A stretch of DNA of 64,000 bases from Acidobacteriota bacterium. GTDB lineage: Bacteria > Acidobacteriota > Vicinamibacteria > Marinacidobacterales > Marinacidobacteraceae. The notes under the pieces are model-generated. The model was not told the DNA's origin. It searched no databases and saw only the letters and a list, made by a program, of their open reading frames with translations. Below, in pieces: positions 38,730 through 48,750 of the stretch (position 1 is its first letter; each line of letters starts with the position of its first letter). The stretch lies in assembly GCA_022826825.1 (NCBI GenBank), contig JAJDUD010000024.1, forward strand, positions 163,084-227,083, in the 5' to 3' direction. Both the position numbers and the translations under genes were made by a program.

Positions 38730-40444
38730 AAAACGTCAGGAACCTGGCACGGTCAAGAGTGGTCTGCGGCGGCGCCTTGCTGCTACTGGCGGTGTCCCCG
38801 GTCCCCGGGGCGACCCTGCTCCGGCTGATCACGGAGGGGAAGCTGCGTGCCCCGGCGGCCGCGGCGCTCTCGGACCGCTTCGAGGTGCTGATGCCCGGAG
38901 TGGATCTCTCGGCGGTCGCGGGATCGTGGGGGGTGGGGACCCCCGAAGTCCTCGAGGTGCGCGTCTCCCCGAAGGAGACGGAGGGCATCACCGTCGTCGC
39001 CGCCCCCGGGGTCGCGTGCACTCCCTCGCTGTTCGATGCGGGTCTCGAGATCGCCTGCCGGGCGCCGCCGGAGCCAGCCGTGGAGGCGGCGGGGCCGGCT
39101 GCCGCTGTCTCCGGCGAGGCGGCCGAACCCCGGGTCAGCCTTGATTTTCGGGACGCGGACCTCCGGGACGTGCTCCGCGTCCTGAGCGAGGTGAGCGGGC
39201 TCGATTTCGTGCTCCAGCCCGGGGTCGCCGGCCGGGTCTCGCTGCGGCTGAACGAGATTGCCTGGGAACGGGCATTGGGAATCGTCCTCCGGTCCCAGGG
39301 ACTCGGGCATGTCCTCGAGGACGGCGTGCTGCGGGTCGGGGCGGCGGACGAGCTGGCGGGCGAAGTGGAAGCGCGGCGGCGGCAGCAGGAGGCGCGGGAG
39401 CTCGCCGGCGAACTGATGACGTTCAGCCGCAACCTGGCCTACGTGCGTCCCGAGGAGGTCAGGGAGGTGCTCGAAGGCCGCCTGAGCGCGAGGGGTTCCC
39501 TCATCGCCGACCAGCGGACGGGAACCGTCCTGGTCGCGGACGTGGAAAGCCGCATCCAGGAGATCGAGGCGGTGCTGGACCTGCTCGACGTTCCGGTGCC
39601 GGGCGTGGAGATCGAGGCGCGTATCGTGCTGGCGACGCGAACGCTGAGCCGCCGGCTCGGCATCCAGTGGGGCGGGGGACTGGTGCGCGAACACACCGGG
39701 AAGAAGCTGCCGCAGTCCGTACGCATCGGTGCCGACGCCATCGGGGGCGCCACCTCGTCGTTTTCCACGGGAGCGCCCGCCGGCGGCGTGTCGGCCGCTC
39801 CCAACCAGGATGGCGAGCGCCGGGGCTACGGCGTCAATCTCCCCATCAGCGGATCTCCCACCGGGGCGCTCGGGATCGCGCTGGGCGCCCTGAACGGCGC
39901 CGCCCATCTCGACCTGGCGCTGAGCGCCGCCGAACGCAACGGCGAGGTGCGGATCCTGTCGGCTCCCCGCATCGTCGCCCAAAACGCCCGGCCGGCGACG
40001 ATCAAGCAGGGGGTGACCTTCCCGGTTCAGGTGGTGGCCAACAACACCGTCACGGTGCAGTTCCGGGACGCGGTGCTCGAACTCACGGTGACGCCGCAGG
40101 TCAGCCCCGAAGGGACGATCCTGCTCGACCTGACCGTCAGCAACGATGCCCTGGACTTCGGTCAGGCGGTGGGAGGGATTCCGAGCATCCTGACCCAGCA
40201 GGCCACCACCCGGGTGCGGGTGGACGACGGGGCCACGACGGTGCTGGGAGGCGTCTTCGCCACCCAGCAGTCGGAGGAGCGGGGCCGGGTTCCGGGTCTG
40301 CACCGGATTCCGCTCCTCGGACACCTGTTCCGGTCACGGGAGCGGAACCACCGCGACGAGGAACTGCTCATCTTCCTGACCCCGCGAATCCGCGCCGCCG
40401 GGGGGTCCCGAACCGTGGACGGCGCGGGGCGTTCTCCCCCCTGA
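38726..40444 (+). CDS. pilQ: type IV pilus secretin PilQ
   Basis: 572 aa. The secretin C-terminal domain ends ...VPGLHRIPLLGHLFRS...ELLIFLTPRI. N-terminal signal peptide. Confidence 0.85.
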   Translation: MKNVRNLARSRVVCGGALLLLAVSPVPGATLLRLITEGKLRAPAAAALSDRFEVLMPGVDLSAVAGSWGVGTPEVLEVRVSPKETEGITVVAAPGVACTPSLFDAGLEIACRAPPEPAVEAAGPAAAVSGEAAEPRVSLDFRDADLRDVLRVLSEVSGLDFVLQPGVAGRVSLRLNEIAWERALGIVLRSQGLGHVLEDGVLRVGAADELAGEVEARRRQQEARELAGELMTFSRNLAYVRPEEVREVLEGRLSARGSLIADQRTGTVLVADVESRIQEIEAVLDLLDVPVPGVEIEARIVLATRTLSRRLGIQWGGGLVREHTGKKLPQSVRIGADAIGGATSSFSTGAPAGGVSAAPNQDGERRGYGVNLPISGSPTGALGIALGALNGAAHLDLALSAAERNGEVRILSAPRIVAQNARPATIKQGVTFPVQVVANNTVTVQFRDAVLELTVTPQVSPEGTILLDLTVSNDALDFGQAVGGIPSILTQQATTRVRVDDGATTVLGGVFATQQSEERGRVPGLHRIPLLGHLFRSRERNHRDEELLIFLTPRIRAAGGSRTVDGAGRSPP

Positions 40445-40537
40445 TCGGACCGGCTGCGGGGCGCCTGTGCCGTCTCCTCGGGCGCGGGCCGTTGTGGTAC
40501 CGTTCCGCGCGTTGCGGGCCGAGCCCCGCTGCCGTTC

Positions 40538-40993
40538 GTGCCCGCATCCTCGTCCAAAGAGCCCACTCTCGCCGACCTGCTCGAGGCCCTGGACCAACTC
40601 GCCGGAACGGAGTTCCACGAGGTCGATCTCCGCGTCGGAGGGGCTCGTCTGCGGGTCGCCCGGGGGCCGGCGGCAACGGTCGCCGCCGCCCTTCCGGCGG
40701 CGGCCCCCGCGGCCCCGGCGGATGATGGAGCAGTGGACGCGGCGGCGTCCGGACTGGAAACCGTGACCGCGCCGATGGTGGGGACGTTCTACCGCCGGCC
40801 GCGGCCGGAGGCGGAGCCGTTCGTCAGCGTGGGGGATCGTGTCCGCAAGGGGCAGGTCCTCTGCATCATCGAGGCGATGAAGCTGATGAACAACATCGAG
40901 GCCGAGCACAGCGGGGAGATTGTGGAGATCGTCCCCGAGGACGGCTCCGCGGTGCAGTTCGGAGACCGGCTCTTCGCGATCCGGCCGGCCTGA
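40538..40993 (+). CDS. accB: acetyl-CoA carboxylase biotin carboxyl carrier protein
   Basis: 151 aa with the biotinyl-lysine motif EAMKLMN. Confidence 0.85.
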   Translation: MPASSSKEPTLADLLEALDQLAGTEFHEVDLRVGGARLRVARGPAATVAAALPAAAPAAPADDGAVDAAASGLETVTAPMVGTFYRRPRPEAEPFVSVGDRVRKGQVLCIIEAMKLMNNIEAEHSGEIVEIVPEDGSAVQFGDRLFAIRPA

Positions 40994-41026
40994 ACCCGCG
41001 CCGCGTGACGCTGTTCACAGCCTGAC

Positions 41027-42361
41027 GTGTTCAACAAGGTCCTGATCGCCAACCGCGGCGAAATCGCGGTGCGGATCATCGCGGCCTGCCGGGACCTCGG
41101 ACTGCCGACCGTGATCGCCTATTCCGATGCGGATCGGGACGCCCTGCCGGTACGGCTCGCCGACGAGCGCGTCTGCATCGGGCCGGCCGCCCCTCGGGAG
41201 AGCTACCTCGACGTCCCGCGCATCCTGACCGCGGCGGAGATCTCCGGCGCCGACGCCATCCATCCCGGCTACGGATTCCTCGCGGAGAGCCACGCGCTCG
41301 CCGAGGTCTGCGAGGCCTGCCGCGTCACGTTCATCGGCCCGCCCCCGGAGAGCATTCGGAGCATGGGGGACAAGGCGCTCGCGCGACGCATCATGCGGGG
41401 GGCCGGGGTGCCGATCCTTCCGGGGACCGAATCCGGAGTGTCCGGCGTGGAGGAAGCTACCCGGATCGCGGGTGAGGTCGGGTATCCGGTCCTGTTGAAG
41501 GCTTCTTTCGGTGGCGGCGGACGCGGCATGCGTATCGTCGGTGAAGAGTCGGAGCTGGCGCCGGCGCTGGCGTCCGCGGCGACGGAGGCCGAGGCGGCCT
41601 TCGGGGACGCCGAGGTTTACATCGAGCGGTATCTGCCCAGCGTGCGCCACGTCGAGGTCCAGGTCTTCGCGGACGCGCACGGCAGCACGGTCCACCTCGG
41701 CGAGCGGGACTGTTCGGTGCAGCGCCGGCACCAGAAGCTCGTCGAGGAGGCGCCGGGGCCCGGCCTGAGCGAAGCGACGCGGGCGAAGCTGGGAGAGGCC
41801 GCGGTGAAGGCCGCCGAGGCGGTGGGGTACCGCAACGCCGGAACGGTCGAGTTCCTGATGGACCCCGATGGCAACTTCTTCTTCAGCGAGATGAACGTGC
41901 GCATCCAGGTGGAGCACCCGGTAACGGAAATGGTGACCGGACTGGACCTCGTGCGCGAACAGATCCGCGTGGCCGCCGGGGAACCGCTCTCGTTTTCGCA
42001 GGAGTCCGTCGAAATCTCGGGCGCCGCGATCGAGTGCCGGATCAATGCCGAGGACCCGGAGCGGTTCGTCCCGAGCCCGGGAACCATCACGGCCTTCCAC
42101 AGCCCGGGCGGACCCGGAGTGCGGGTGGATACGGCAGCGCACGCCGGCGCGGTCATCCCTCCCTACTACGACTCCCTGGTGGCCAAGCTCATCGTGCACG
42201 GCGAGGACCGGGCGCATGCGGTGGCGCGGATGCGCCGGGCGCTCGCCGAAATGGAGGTGGAGGGAATCCACACCACGCTCCCTCTCCACCGCCGCATCAT
42301 GGAGAGCGAGGAGTTTCTCGCTGGTGGCTTCGACACCGGGTTCATCGGGCGTCTCGGCTGA
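41027..42361 (+). CDS. accC: acetyl-CoA carboxylase biotin carboxylase subunit
   Basis: 444 aa. MFNKVLIANRGEIAVRI N-terminus and an ATP-grasp GGGGRGMR motif. Confidence 0.9.
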   Translation: MFNKVLIANRGEIAVRIIAACRDLGLPTVIAYSDADRDALPVRLADERVCIGPAAPRESYLDVPRILTAAEISGADAIHPGYGFLAESHALAEVCEACRVTFIGPPPESIRSMGDKALARRIMRGAGVPILPGTESGVSGVEEATRIAGEVGYPVLLKASFGGGGRGMRIVGEESELAPALASAATEAEAAFGDAEVYIERYLPSVRHVEVQVFADAHGSTVHLGERDCSVQRRHQKLVEEAPGPGLSEATRAKLGEAAVKAAEAVGYRNAGTVEFLMDPDGNFFFSEMNVRIQVEHPVTEMVTGLDLVREQIRVAAGEPLSFSQESVEISGAAIECRINAEDPERFVPSPGTITAFHSPGGPGVRVDTAAHAGAVIPPYYDSLVAKLIVHGEDRAHAVARMRRALAEMEVEGIHTTLPLHRRIMESEEFLAGGFDTGFIGRLG

Positions 42362-42368
42362 TCGGCAC

Positions 42369-43085
42369 TTGCTTGGCCGGACGGCCGCGTCCTGGTGCTC
42401 CCGGGCTTTCTTCGCCGCCAGCCCCGTCTATCCGATTCTGGACGCGAGCTTCTTCGGCGAGCGGGATCCCGGGCCGGTGCTGCGCGCGCTCGGGGCCGCC
42501 GGAATCCGGATCGTCCAGCTTCGGGGGAAGGGACTTCCCGCCGGCGCCTTCGTGTCCTGGGCGTCCGCGGGCGTCCGTGGCGCCGCGGGAAGCGGCGTCC
42601 GAGTCCTGGTGAATGACCGCGCCGACGTCGCGCTGCTGGCCGGCGCCGACGGGGTCCATCTCGGACAGGACGACGTTTCGGCGCGAACGGCCCGCCGCCT
42701 GCTCGGAGATCGCGCGGTGATCGGCCTCTCGACCCACACCCGGGCGGAGGTGGAACTCGCGAGGCGCGAACCTGCCGACTATCTTGCCGTGGGACCCGTG
42801 TTCGATACCGCGACCAAAGCCGACGCCGCTCCGGTGGTTTCCCTGACCGGAGTCCGGGAGGCGCGCGAGCGCTGGCGGGGACCACTGATCGCGATCGGCG
42901 GAATGAACCGCGCGCGGATCCGTTCGGTGCTCGCTGCCGGGGCCGATGCGGCCGCGGTGATCTCGGCGGTGTCCGGCGCCTCGTCCGGCGAGATCGCGCA
43001 CCGGGCGCGGGCATTGCTGGCTGCGGCGGGGTCCCGGCCGGAGGCAGGCTCAGACGGCAGCAGCCAAGACACAAGGAGAGATTGA
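42369..43085 (+). CDS. thiE: thiamine-phosphate synthase
   Basis: Tail of track ORF 42045..43085. YPILD, VQLRGK, GVHLGQDD and AIGGM motifs. The start is uncertain (TTG at 42369 is the first candidate after the accC stop). Confidence 0.7.
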   Translation: MLGRTAASWCSRAFFAASPVYPILDASFFGERDPGPVLRALGAAGIRIVQLRGKGLPAGAFVSWASAGVRGAAGSGVRVLVNDRADVALLAGADGVHLGQDDVSARTARRLLGDRAVIGLSTHTRAEVELARREPADYLAVGPVFDTATKADAAPVVSLTGVREARERWRGPLIAIGGMNRARIRSVLAAGADAAAVISAVSGASSGEIAHRARALLAAAGSRPEAGSDGSSQDTRRD

Positions 43086-44011
43086 TGGCCGGAAAGATCC
43101 TGGACGGGAAGAAGATCGGCGCCGCGATTCGCGCGGACGCCGGCGAGGCGGCTCGCGAATTCGGGCGTTCGGGGCGTCCGCCCGGACTGGCGGTCGTCCT
43201 CGTGGGCGAGGACCCGGCCTCCACGATCTACGTGCGGGGCAAGATCAAGGCGTCGCGGGAGGCGGGGATCGCCTCCGAGACGCATCGCCTCCCCGCCACC
43301 ACGACGGCTCCCGAACTGGCCGGTCTGCTGGAGCGGCTGAACCACGACGAGGCGGTGGATGCGATCCTGCTGCAGCTCCCGCTTCCGGACGGGCTCGAAG
43401 CGTCGGAATTCCTGGCCCGGATTCGCCCGGACAAGGACGTGGACGGTTTCCATCCCGAGAACGTGGGCCGTTTGATGGCGGGCCTTCCCGGCCCGCGCCC
43501 CTGCACCCCGGCGGGAATCATGGAGATGTTTCGGCGCGAGGGAATCGAAGTGAAGGGCTCCCGCGCGGTGGTCGTAGGGAGAAGCGACATCGTGGGCAAG
43601 CCGCTCGCGCTGCTGCTCCTCCATCAGCACGCGACGGTCACGGTTTGCCACTCGCGGACCCGCGACCTGCCCGCGGTGTGCCGCGAGGCCGACATCCTCT
43701 GCACCGCGATCGGCCGGCCGGCCATGGTGGGAGCGGACGCCATCCGCGAGGGCGCGGTCGTCGTGGACGTGGGGATGAATCGCGCCGGGACCGAAGAGCA
43801 GGTTCGCGAGTACTTCGGAGACAACGAGAAGCGGTTGGCCCGGTTCCGCAGGAACGGCTACACGCTGGTCGGCGACGTCCATCCGGTGGCGATGCGGGAA
43901 CGGTCGTCGGCGTACACCCCGGTGCCGGGCGGCGTCGGGCCGCTCACCATCGCGATGCTGCTTGCGAACACGGTCGTGCTCGCGGTGGCGCGCCGGGCCC
44001 AGGGCGCCTGA
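43085..44011 (+). CDS. folD: bifunctional methylenetetrahydrofolate dehydrogenase/cyclohydrolase
   Basis: MAGKILDGKKIG...PGLAVVLVGEDPAS.IYV and VVVGRSDIVGKP motifs. The track starts one codon earlier at TTG 43082. Confidence 0.85.
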   Translation: MAGKILDGKKIGAAIRADAGEAAREFGRSGRPPGLAVVLVGEDPASTIYVRGKIKASREAGIASETHRLPATTTAPELAGLLERLNHDEAVDAILLQLPLPDGLEASEFLARIRPDKDVDGFHPENVGRLMAGLPGPRPCTPAGIMEMFRREGIEVKGSRAVVVGRSDIVGKPLALLLLHQHATVTVCHSRTRDLPAVCREADILCTAIGRPAMVGADAIREGAVVVDVGMNRAGTEEQVREYFGDNEKRLARFRRNGYTLVGDVHPVAMRERSSAYTPVPGGVGPLTIAMLLANTVVLAVARRAQGA

Positions 44012-44075
44012 CGTGTTTGTGAAGAAACTCCGACGGTGGGGATTCGCGGAGCGAAGCGCCGCGCGGGAGGGGTTT

Positions 44076-44096
44076 GGGGAGGGGTTTCCCCTCCCC
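44076..44096 (+). terminator. stem-loop downstream of folD
   Basis: GGGGAGGGG-TTT-CCCCTCCCC is a perfect 9-bp stem. It has no clear U-tract, so the terminator function is tentative. Confidence 0.35.
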
Positions 44097-44236
44097 ATGA
44101 AGATCGATGGCGGGGGCCGCAACGCGGTCCCCGGCATCACGCCGTGGGGGAAGGGCCCCGCACGCGAAACGTCTGGCGGAATGAGGACGTGCGTTCTTCC
44201 GGGATCGTTGCGGGGCGCTACCCCCACGGCCTAACG

Positions 44237-44842
44237 ATGCTCCGGATCGGGCTCACCGGCGGGATCGCCTCGGGAAAGACCACGGTCCGGCGGGTGTTCG
44301 AGCGCGCCGGGATCCCCATGCTCGACGCCGATGCCCTGACCCACGAGTTCTTCGCCCCGGGCGGGGAACTCGTGGAGGAGGTCGCCGGCCACTTCGGGAG
44401 CGAGGTGCTCGACCGGGACGGGGGAATCGACCGGAAGAGCCTGGGGGCGCGCGTCTTCGCGGACCCGGCGGAGCGCGAATGGCTGAACGGGGTCGTGCAT
44501 CCGCGGATCTGGCGGCGGATCGGGACGTTCCTGGACCAGTGCGAAGCCGAGGGGCGGGGGGTCGCCGGAGTCGAAGCCGCGCTCATGGTGGAGACCGGAA
44601 GCGCCGCCAACTACGACCGGCTGGTGGTCGTGGTGTGCCGTCCGGAACAGCAGTTCGAGCGCCTTGCCGCGCGATCCGGCATGAGCCCGGAGGAAGCGCG
44701 CCTGCGCCTCGCGGCCCAGATGGATCCGCTGGAGAAGGCCCGGCGCGCCGACGACCTGGTCGATGCATCGGGAACGCTGGAAGCGACGGAGGCGGCGGCC
44801 GTCGCGGTGGCCCGGGCGCTCCTCGCCCGCGCCGCCTCCTAG
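44237..44842 (+). CDS. coaE: dephospho-CoA kinase
   Basis: The internal ATG at 44237 gives MLRIGLTGGIASGKTT (P-loop). Confidence 0.85.
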   Translation: MLRIGLTGGIASGKTTVRRVFERAGIPMLDADALTHEFFAPGGELVEEVAGHFGSEVLDRDGGIDRKSLGARVFADPAEREWLNGVVHPRIWRRIGTFLDQCEAEGRGVAGVEAALMVETGSAANYDRLVVVVCRPEQQFERLAARSGMSPEEARLRLAAQMDPLEKARRADDLVDASGTLEATEAAAVAVARALLARAAS

Positions 44843-45441
44843 CCCCAGAAGCGAAACAACGCGGCGTCGAGCAACCCGCGCGCGTCCAGGATCTTCTCGA
44901 TGATCTGGCGGACGGCGCCCCGTCCTCCGGGAGCGTCGGCGACGAAGTGGACGCATTCGAGGACGGCGGGATGGGCGTCGGCGGGAGCGGCGGCGAAGCC
45001 GGCCTTGCGAAGCGCCGGCAGGTCCTGCACGTCGTCACCCACGAAGGCGACCTGCTCGGGCAGCAGCCCGAAGCTGGCGCAGGCTTCCTCGAACGCGGGA
45101 CCCTTGTCGAAGCAGTCTTCGCGGAGATAGTCGAGCGACAGTTCCGCGGCGCGCCCCCGCACGGCTCCGGAGCGCCGGCCGGTCACGAAACCCAGGCGCA
45201 GGCCGCTCTTCTTCGCCATGACGAGGCCCAGACCGTCCCGGGAATGGAATCGCTTTCGCTCGGGAATTCCGGCGCCTTCGTCACCCGGCTCGAAGGTGCC
45301 GTCGGTCAGGACACCGTCCACGTCCAGCAGGATGGCCTCGATGGCGGCGGCCCGCCGGGAGACCGGATCGTTCCCGCGTCCCGCGGCCTGCGGGTCCTCG
45401 CCCCGAGGTGCGGCGGAACCGCCGGAGTCCTCGCTGGACAC
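44839..45441 (-). CDS. kdsC: HAD-IIIA phosphatase, KdsC-like (3-deoxy-D-manno-octulosonate 8-phosphate phosphatase)
   Basis: Tail of track ORF 44839..45963. LLDVDGVLTDG, FVGDDVQDLP and GGRGAVRQ motifs. GTG at 45441 is the first plausible start after the pyrG stop. Confidence 0.7.
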   Translation of the reverse strand: MSSEDSGGSAAPRGEDPQAAGRGNDPVSRRAAAIEAILLDVDGVLTDGTFEPGDEGAGIPERKRFHSRDGLGLVMAKKSGLRLGFVTGRRSGAVRGRAAELSLDYLREDCFDKGPAFEEACASFGLLPEQVAFVGDDVQDLPALRKAGFAAAPADAHPAVLECVHFVADAPGGRGAVRQIIEKILDARGLLDAALFRFWG

Positions 45442-45467
45442 GGGGTACCGGCAGTCCCGGCGCCGGA

Positions 45468-47132
45468 TCAGCCGGCGGGAACGGCTTCCGCCGACGCCGG
45501 CAGCGGGGCCGGAGGGCGCTGCTCCCGTTTCTCCAGGGCAGCTCCGATGAAGTCGCTGAAGAGGGGATGCGGGCGGAGCGGGTTCGACTGGAACTCCGGA
45601 TGGAACTGAACGGCCAGGAACCAGGGATGGTCGGGAATCTCGGCGATTTCGTAGAACCCGTCCTCGGTGAAGCCGGAGAACTTCATTCCCCGCGACTCCA
45701 CGAGTTCGGTGTAGCCCCGCTCGAACTCGTAGCGGTGCCGGTGCCGCTCGCTGATCCTGGTTCTGCCGTAGGTGCGGGCGGCGAGCGAACCCTCCCGGAG
45801 AATGCAGGTCACCGCGCCCACCCGCATGGTGCCGCCCATCGGCTCCACGCCTTCGAGGTTGCGCAGCAACTGGAAGACCTGGTGTTCCGCATCCGGGTTG
45901 AGTTCCTGGGTGCTCGCCCCGGCGAGTCCGCATTCGGAGCGCGCGAACTCGACCACCGCCCACTGGAATCCGTAGCAGATTCCGAAGAACGGCACGCGAT
46001 CGACGCGCGCCCTTCCGGCGGCCTGCGCCATCCCCTCGGTTCCGCGCGATCCGAAGCCGCCGGGCACCAGGATGCCGTCGCAGTCGTCGAGCTGGGAGAG
46101 ATCACCGTCCTGGAGGCTCTCGGCCTCTACCCAGCGGATCTCGACGCGCGCGTCGTGGAGAACCCCGCCGTGCACGAGGGCCTCGGCGAGGCTCTTGTAG
46201 GAGTCCTCGAGTTCGACGTATTTGCCGACCACGCCGATCCGGACATCCCGGGAACCGGTCCGCAGCCGCCGGACCAGGTCCTTCCAGTCGGTCAGGTCCC
46301 GTTCCCGGGACGGAAGCTGGAAGTGCTCGAGGATCCGGCTGTCCACGCCCTCGGCCGCGAGGTTCAGGGGGACCTCATACACGGACCGCGCGTCCACCGC
46401 GGTGAAGACGGCGCCCGAAGCCACCGAGGTGTGGAGCCCGATCTTGGCCTTGACCTCGGCGGGCAGGCCCTCCTTGGCCCGGCACAGCAGCACGTCGGGC
46501 TGAATTCCGATCGCCCGCAGTTCCCGCACGCTGTGCTGGGTGGGCTTGGTCTTGTATTCGCCGGCGGTGGCGATCATCGGGACGAGCGTCAGGTGCAGGA
46601 AACAGACGCGCGCCGGTCCCGCGTCCAGCCGGAACTGCCGCGCCGCCTCGAGAAAGGGCTGGCCCTCGATGTCACCGACCGTCCCGCCGATCTCGACGAT
46701 CACCACGTCGGCATCGCCGGCGACCGCGATCAGGCGGCGCTTGATCTCGTCGGTCACGTGGGGAATGACCTGGACGGTCGCGCCCAGGTATCCGCCCTGG
46801 CGTTCCCGCTCGATCACGGTTTCGTAGATCTGGCCGCTGGTGACGTTCGAGAGGGCGGAGAACGCGTTGCCGGTGAAGCGCTCGTAGTGCCCCACGTCGA
46901 GGTCCGTCTCGGCGCCGTCGTGGGTCACGAAGACCTCGCCGTGCTGGTACGGGCTCATGGTGCCCGGGTCCACGTTCAGGTACGGGTCGAATTTGAGGAA
47001 CGTGACCGAGTAGCCCTGCGACTTCAGCAGGCGTCCGATGGAGGCGGACGCGATGCCCTTCCCGAGCGAAGAGATCACCCCGCCCGTGACGAACAGGAAG
47101 CGCGTCTTGGCGGGGAGAGAGGGGAGGCTCAA
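45468..47132 (-). CDS. pyrG: CTP synthase
   Basis: 554 aa. FVTGGVISSLGKGI, YLNVDPGTMSP and a glutamine amidotransferase C-terminal domain. Confidence 0.95.
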   Translation of the reverse strand: MSLPSLPAKTRFLFVTGGVISSLGKGIASASIGRLLKSQGYSVTFLKFDPYLNVDPGTMSPYQHGEVFVTHDGAETDLDVGHYERFTGNAFSALSNVTSGQIYETVIERERQGGYLGATVQVIPHVTDEIKRRLIAVAGDADVVIVEIGGTVGDIEGQPFLEAARQFRLDAGPARVCFLHLTLVPMIATAGEYKTKPTQHSVRELRAIGIQPDVLLCRAKEGLPAEVKAKIGLHTSVASGAVFTAVDARSVYEVPLNLAAEGVDSRILEHFQLPSRERDLTDWKDLVRRLRTGSRDVRIGVVGKYVELEDSYKSLAEALVHGGVLHDARVEIRWVEAESLQDGDLSQLDDCDGILVPGGFGSRGTEGMAQAAGRARVDRVPFFGICYGFQWAVVEFARSECGLAGASTQELNPDAEHQVFQLLRNLEGVEPMGGTMRVGAVTCILREGSLAARTYGRTRISERHRHRYEFERGYTELVESRGMKFSGFTEDGFYEIAEIPDHPWFLAVQFHPEFQSNPLRPHPLFSDFIGAALEKREQRPPAPLPASAEAVPAG

Positions 47133-47244
47133 GAGACTGCCTTCCGGTCCCGGATGCCCGCCATGCGGGACGCGAGTTTACCAGAGCCGCCCCTTGCGGG
47201 CCCGCGCCGAGCCGGCGTCCTTCCGGCCCTCCGTCGGGGCGGGG

Positions 47245-48636
47245 TCAGCAGCCGAGCCCCTGGGACATCTGGGCGTAGCTGGTGAGGGGGACCGCGCACA
47301 TCCTGCTCCAGTCCGCCTTGTCGATGACGGGCCGGCGCAGCAACTCCAGCATCTCGTCGAACTTGCGGAGGGCGGCGCACCCCACCGCCTCGGGGTCCGC
47401 CGCCTGACGGTGTTTCGGCCAGGCCTGGTCACGAGCGTAGCGCCAGAACCTGCTGTCGTACCGGGAGCCGCAGGAATAGTGCCAGCCGACGAACAGGCCG
47501 TAGCGCAACATGTTGTCCACGAGAAACCGGTTGATCACCGGCGCGTCGCCCTCGAGATGCTCGGCCGGACGGTTCAGGCGTGTCTCGAGGACCATCCCGA
47601 TCTGGAACTGGGCGGACACGATCGCGGTGGCTTCGAGCGGCTCCATGAAGGCCGCCCGGTTGCCGATCCGGGCCACCGCGCCATCGTAGATCCGGCGGTG
47701 GACGAAGTTGGGAAACGGGATGACGGCGCGCGGCTCGAATTCCGTCACGCCGTCGGCCTCCAGGAACGCGTCGAAGTCCGTTTGGACTTCGTCCAGGCTG
47801 GAAACGTCGCGGTTGAAGATGTACCCACAGGAGGTGTGCGCTACGAGTGGGATGACGAAGATCCAGCCGTGGGGACGCGCCACCGCCCGGGTATAGGTGT
47901 GCTGCAGAACCGGACCGTCCGGTCCGTCCCCGATGATCGCGGGACAGCGCCGGATCACGGCGGTGTCGGTGGGGATGAACGGAATGTGGATGTGCCGGGC
48001 GGGATCGATTTCGCGGGGAAACCCGCGCGCATCGAAGACGAGGTCATAGCGCTCGGGGGCCCGGTCCTCGAAGGCCACTTCGGCGCCACCGTCCACCCGC
48101 TTGATCCCGGTCACGTTCGCGTCCACGTGGTGCGCACGCGTGCTTTCGTGCAGCAGGTCCGCCATCCGGTCGGCGGACAGGTGGTAGGCGTAGGAAACCT
48201 GCTGCGGCGTGAAGTAGTGGGTGAAGTCCCGATGGCGCCGTCCCCAACCCTCGAAAGCCACGCCGTACTTGCGGGTTCCCTTCAAGCGCTGTTGAACGGT
48301 CTCATGGGGCAGCTCCGTCAGTTGCTGCAGATGCTCGACCAGGCTCGGCCAGCTGCCTTCCCCGACCCCGATGACCGGAATGCGCGAGTCGTAGATGTGA
48401 TGCAGCTCGCGGTCGCCGCCGGGGGGAAGGCGCGTAACACTGGCCGCCGCCAGCGACCCCGCGGTTCCTCGCCCGACAACGGCGATCTTCCGGAGAGATT
48501 CGCTGCCCGTTCGGATCACCCTCGATGACTTCCACGGGGTTCGGTCGATGGTCCCCTGGGCGCGATGTCCGGATGTGCTGCGTGCGCCATTGCCGGGACG
48601 CGACACTAGCACCATCGCCTTGCGGGTCACGGACAT
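47245..48636 (-). CDS. flavin-dependent (tryptophan-type) halogenase family protein
   Basis: Track ORF of 463 aa (start uncertain). FAD motif VVGRGTAG. IGVGEGSWPSL (compare IGVGEATIPSL of Trp halogenases). RKYGVAFEGW lysine context. GWIFVIPL (variant of the WxWxIP motif). Confidence 0.7.
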   Translation of the reverse strand: MSVTRKAMVLVSRPGNGARSTSGHRAQGTIDRTPWKSSRVIRTGSESLRKIAVVGRGTAGSLAAASVTRLPPGGDRELHHIYDSRIPVIGVGEGSWPSLVEHLQQLTELPHETVQQRLKGTRKYGVAFEGWGRRHRDFTHYFTPQQVSYAYHLSADRMADLLHESTRAHHVDANVTGIKRVDGGAEVAFEDRAPERYDLVFDARGFPREIDPARHIHIPFIPTDTAVIRRCPAIIGDGPDGPVLQHTYTRAVARPHGWIFVIPLVAHTSCGYIFNRDVSSLDEVQTDFDAFLEADGVTEFEPRAVIPFPNFVHRRIYDGAVARIGNRAAFMEPLEATAIVSAQFQIGMVLETRLNRPAEHLEGDAPVINRFLVDNMLRYGLFVGWHYSCGSRYDSRFWRYARDQAWPKHRQAADPEAVGCAALRKFDEMLELLRRPVIDKADWSRMCAVPLTSYAQMSQGLGC

Positions 48637-48662
48637 GACCGGAGGACCGGCCGCCCCGTTCG

Positions 48663-48691
48663 TTGACGTTGGTACAGCGTCGTGTTACCCT
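48663..48691 (+). promoter_or_regulatory. candidate promoter of the RiPP precursor gene
   Basis: TTGACG (48663-48668), 17-nt spacer, TACCCT (48686-48691), about 60 nt upstream of the precursor ATG. An AAGGAGG ribosome-binding site sits at 48737-48743. Confidence 0.35.
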
Positions 48692-48750
48692 CGACACGGG
48701 AGTTGGCGTGGGCGTCGTTCGCCGGCGCGAGCAACCAAGGAGGAAACACC

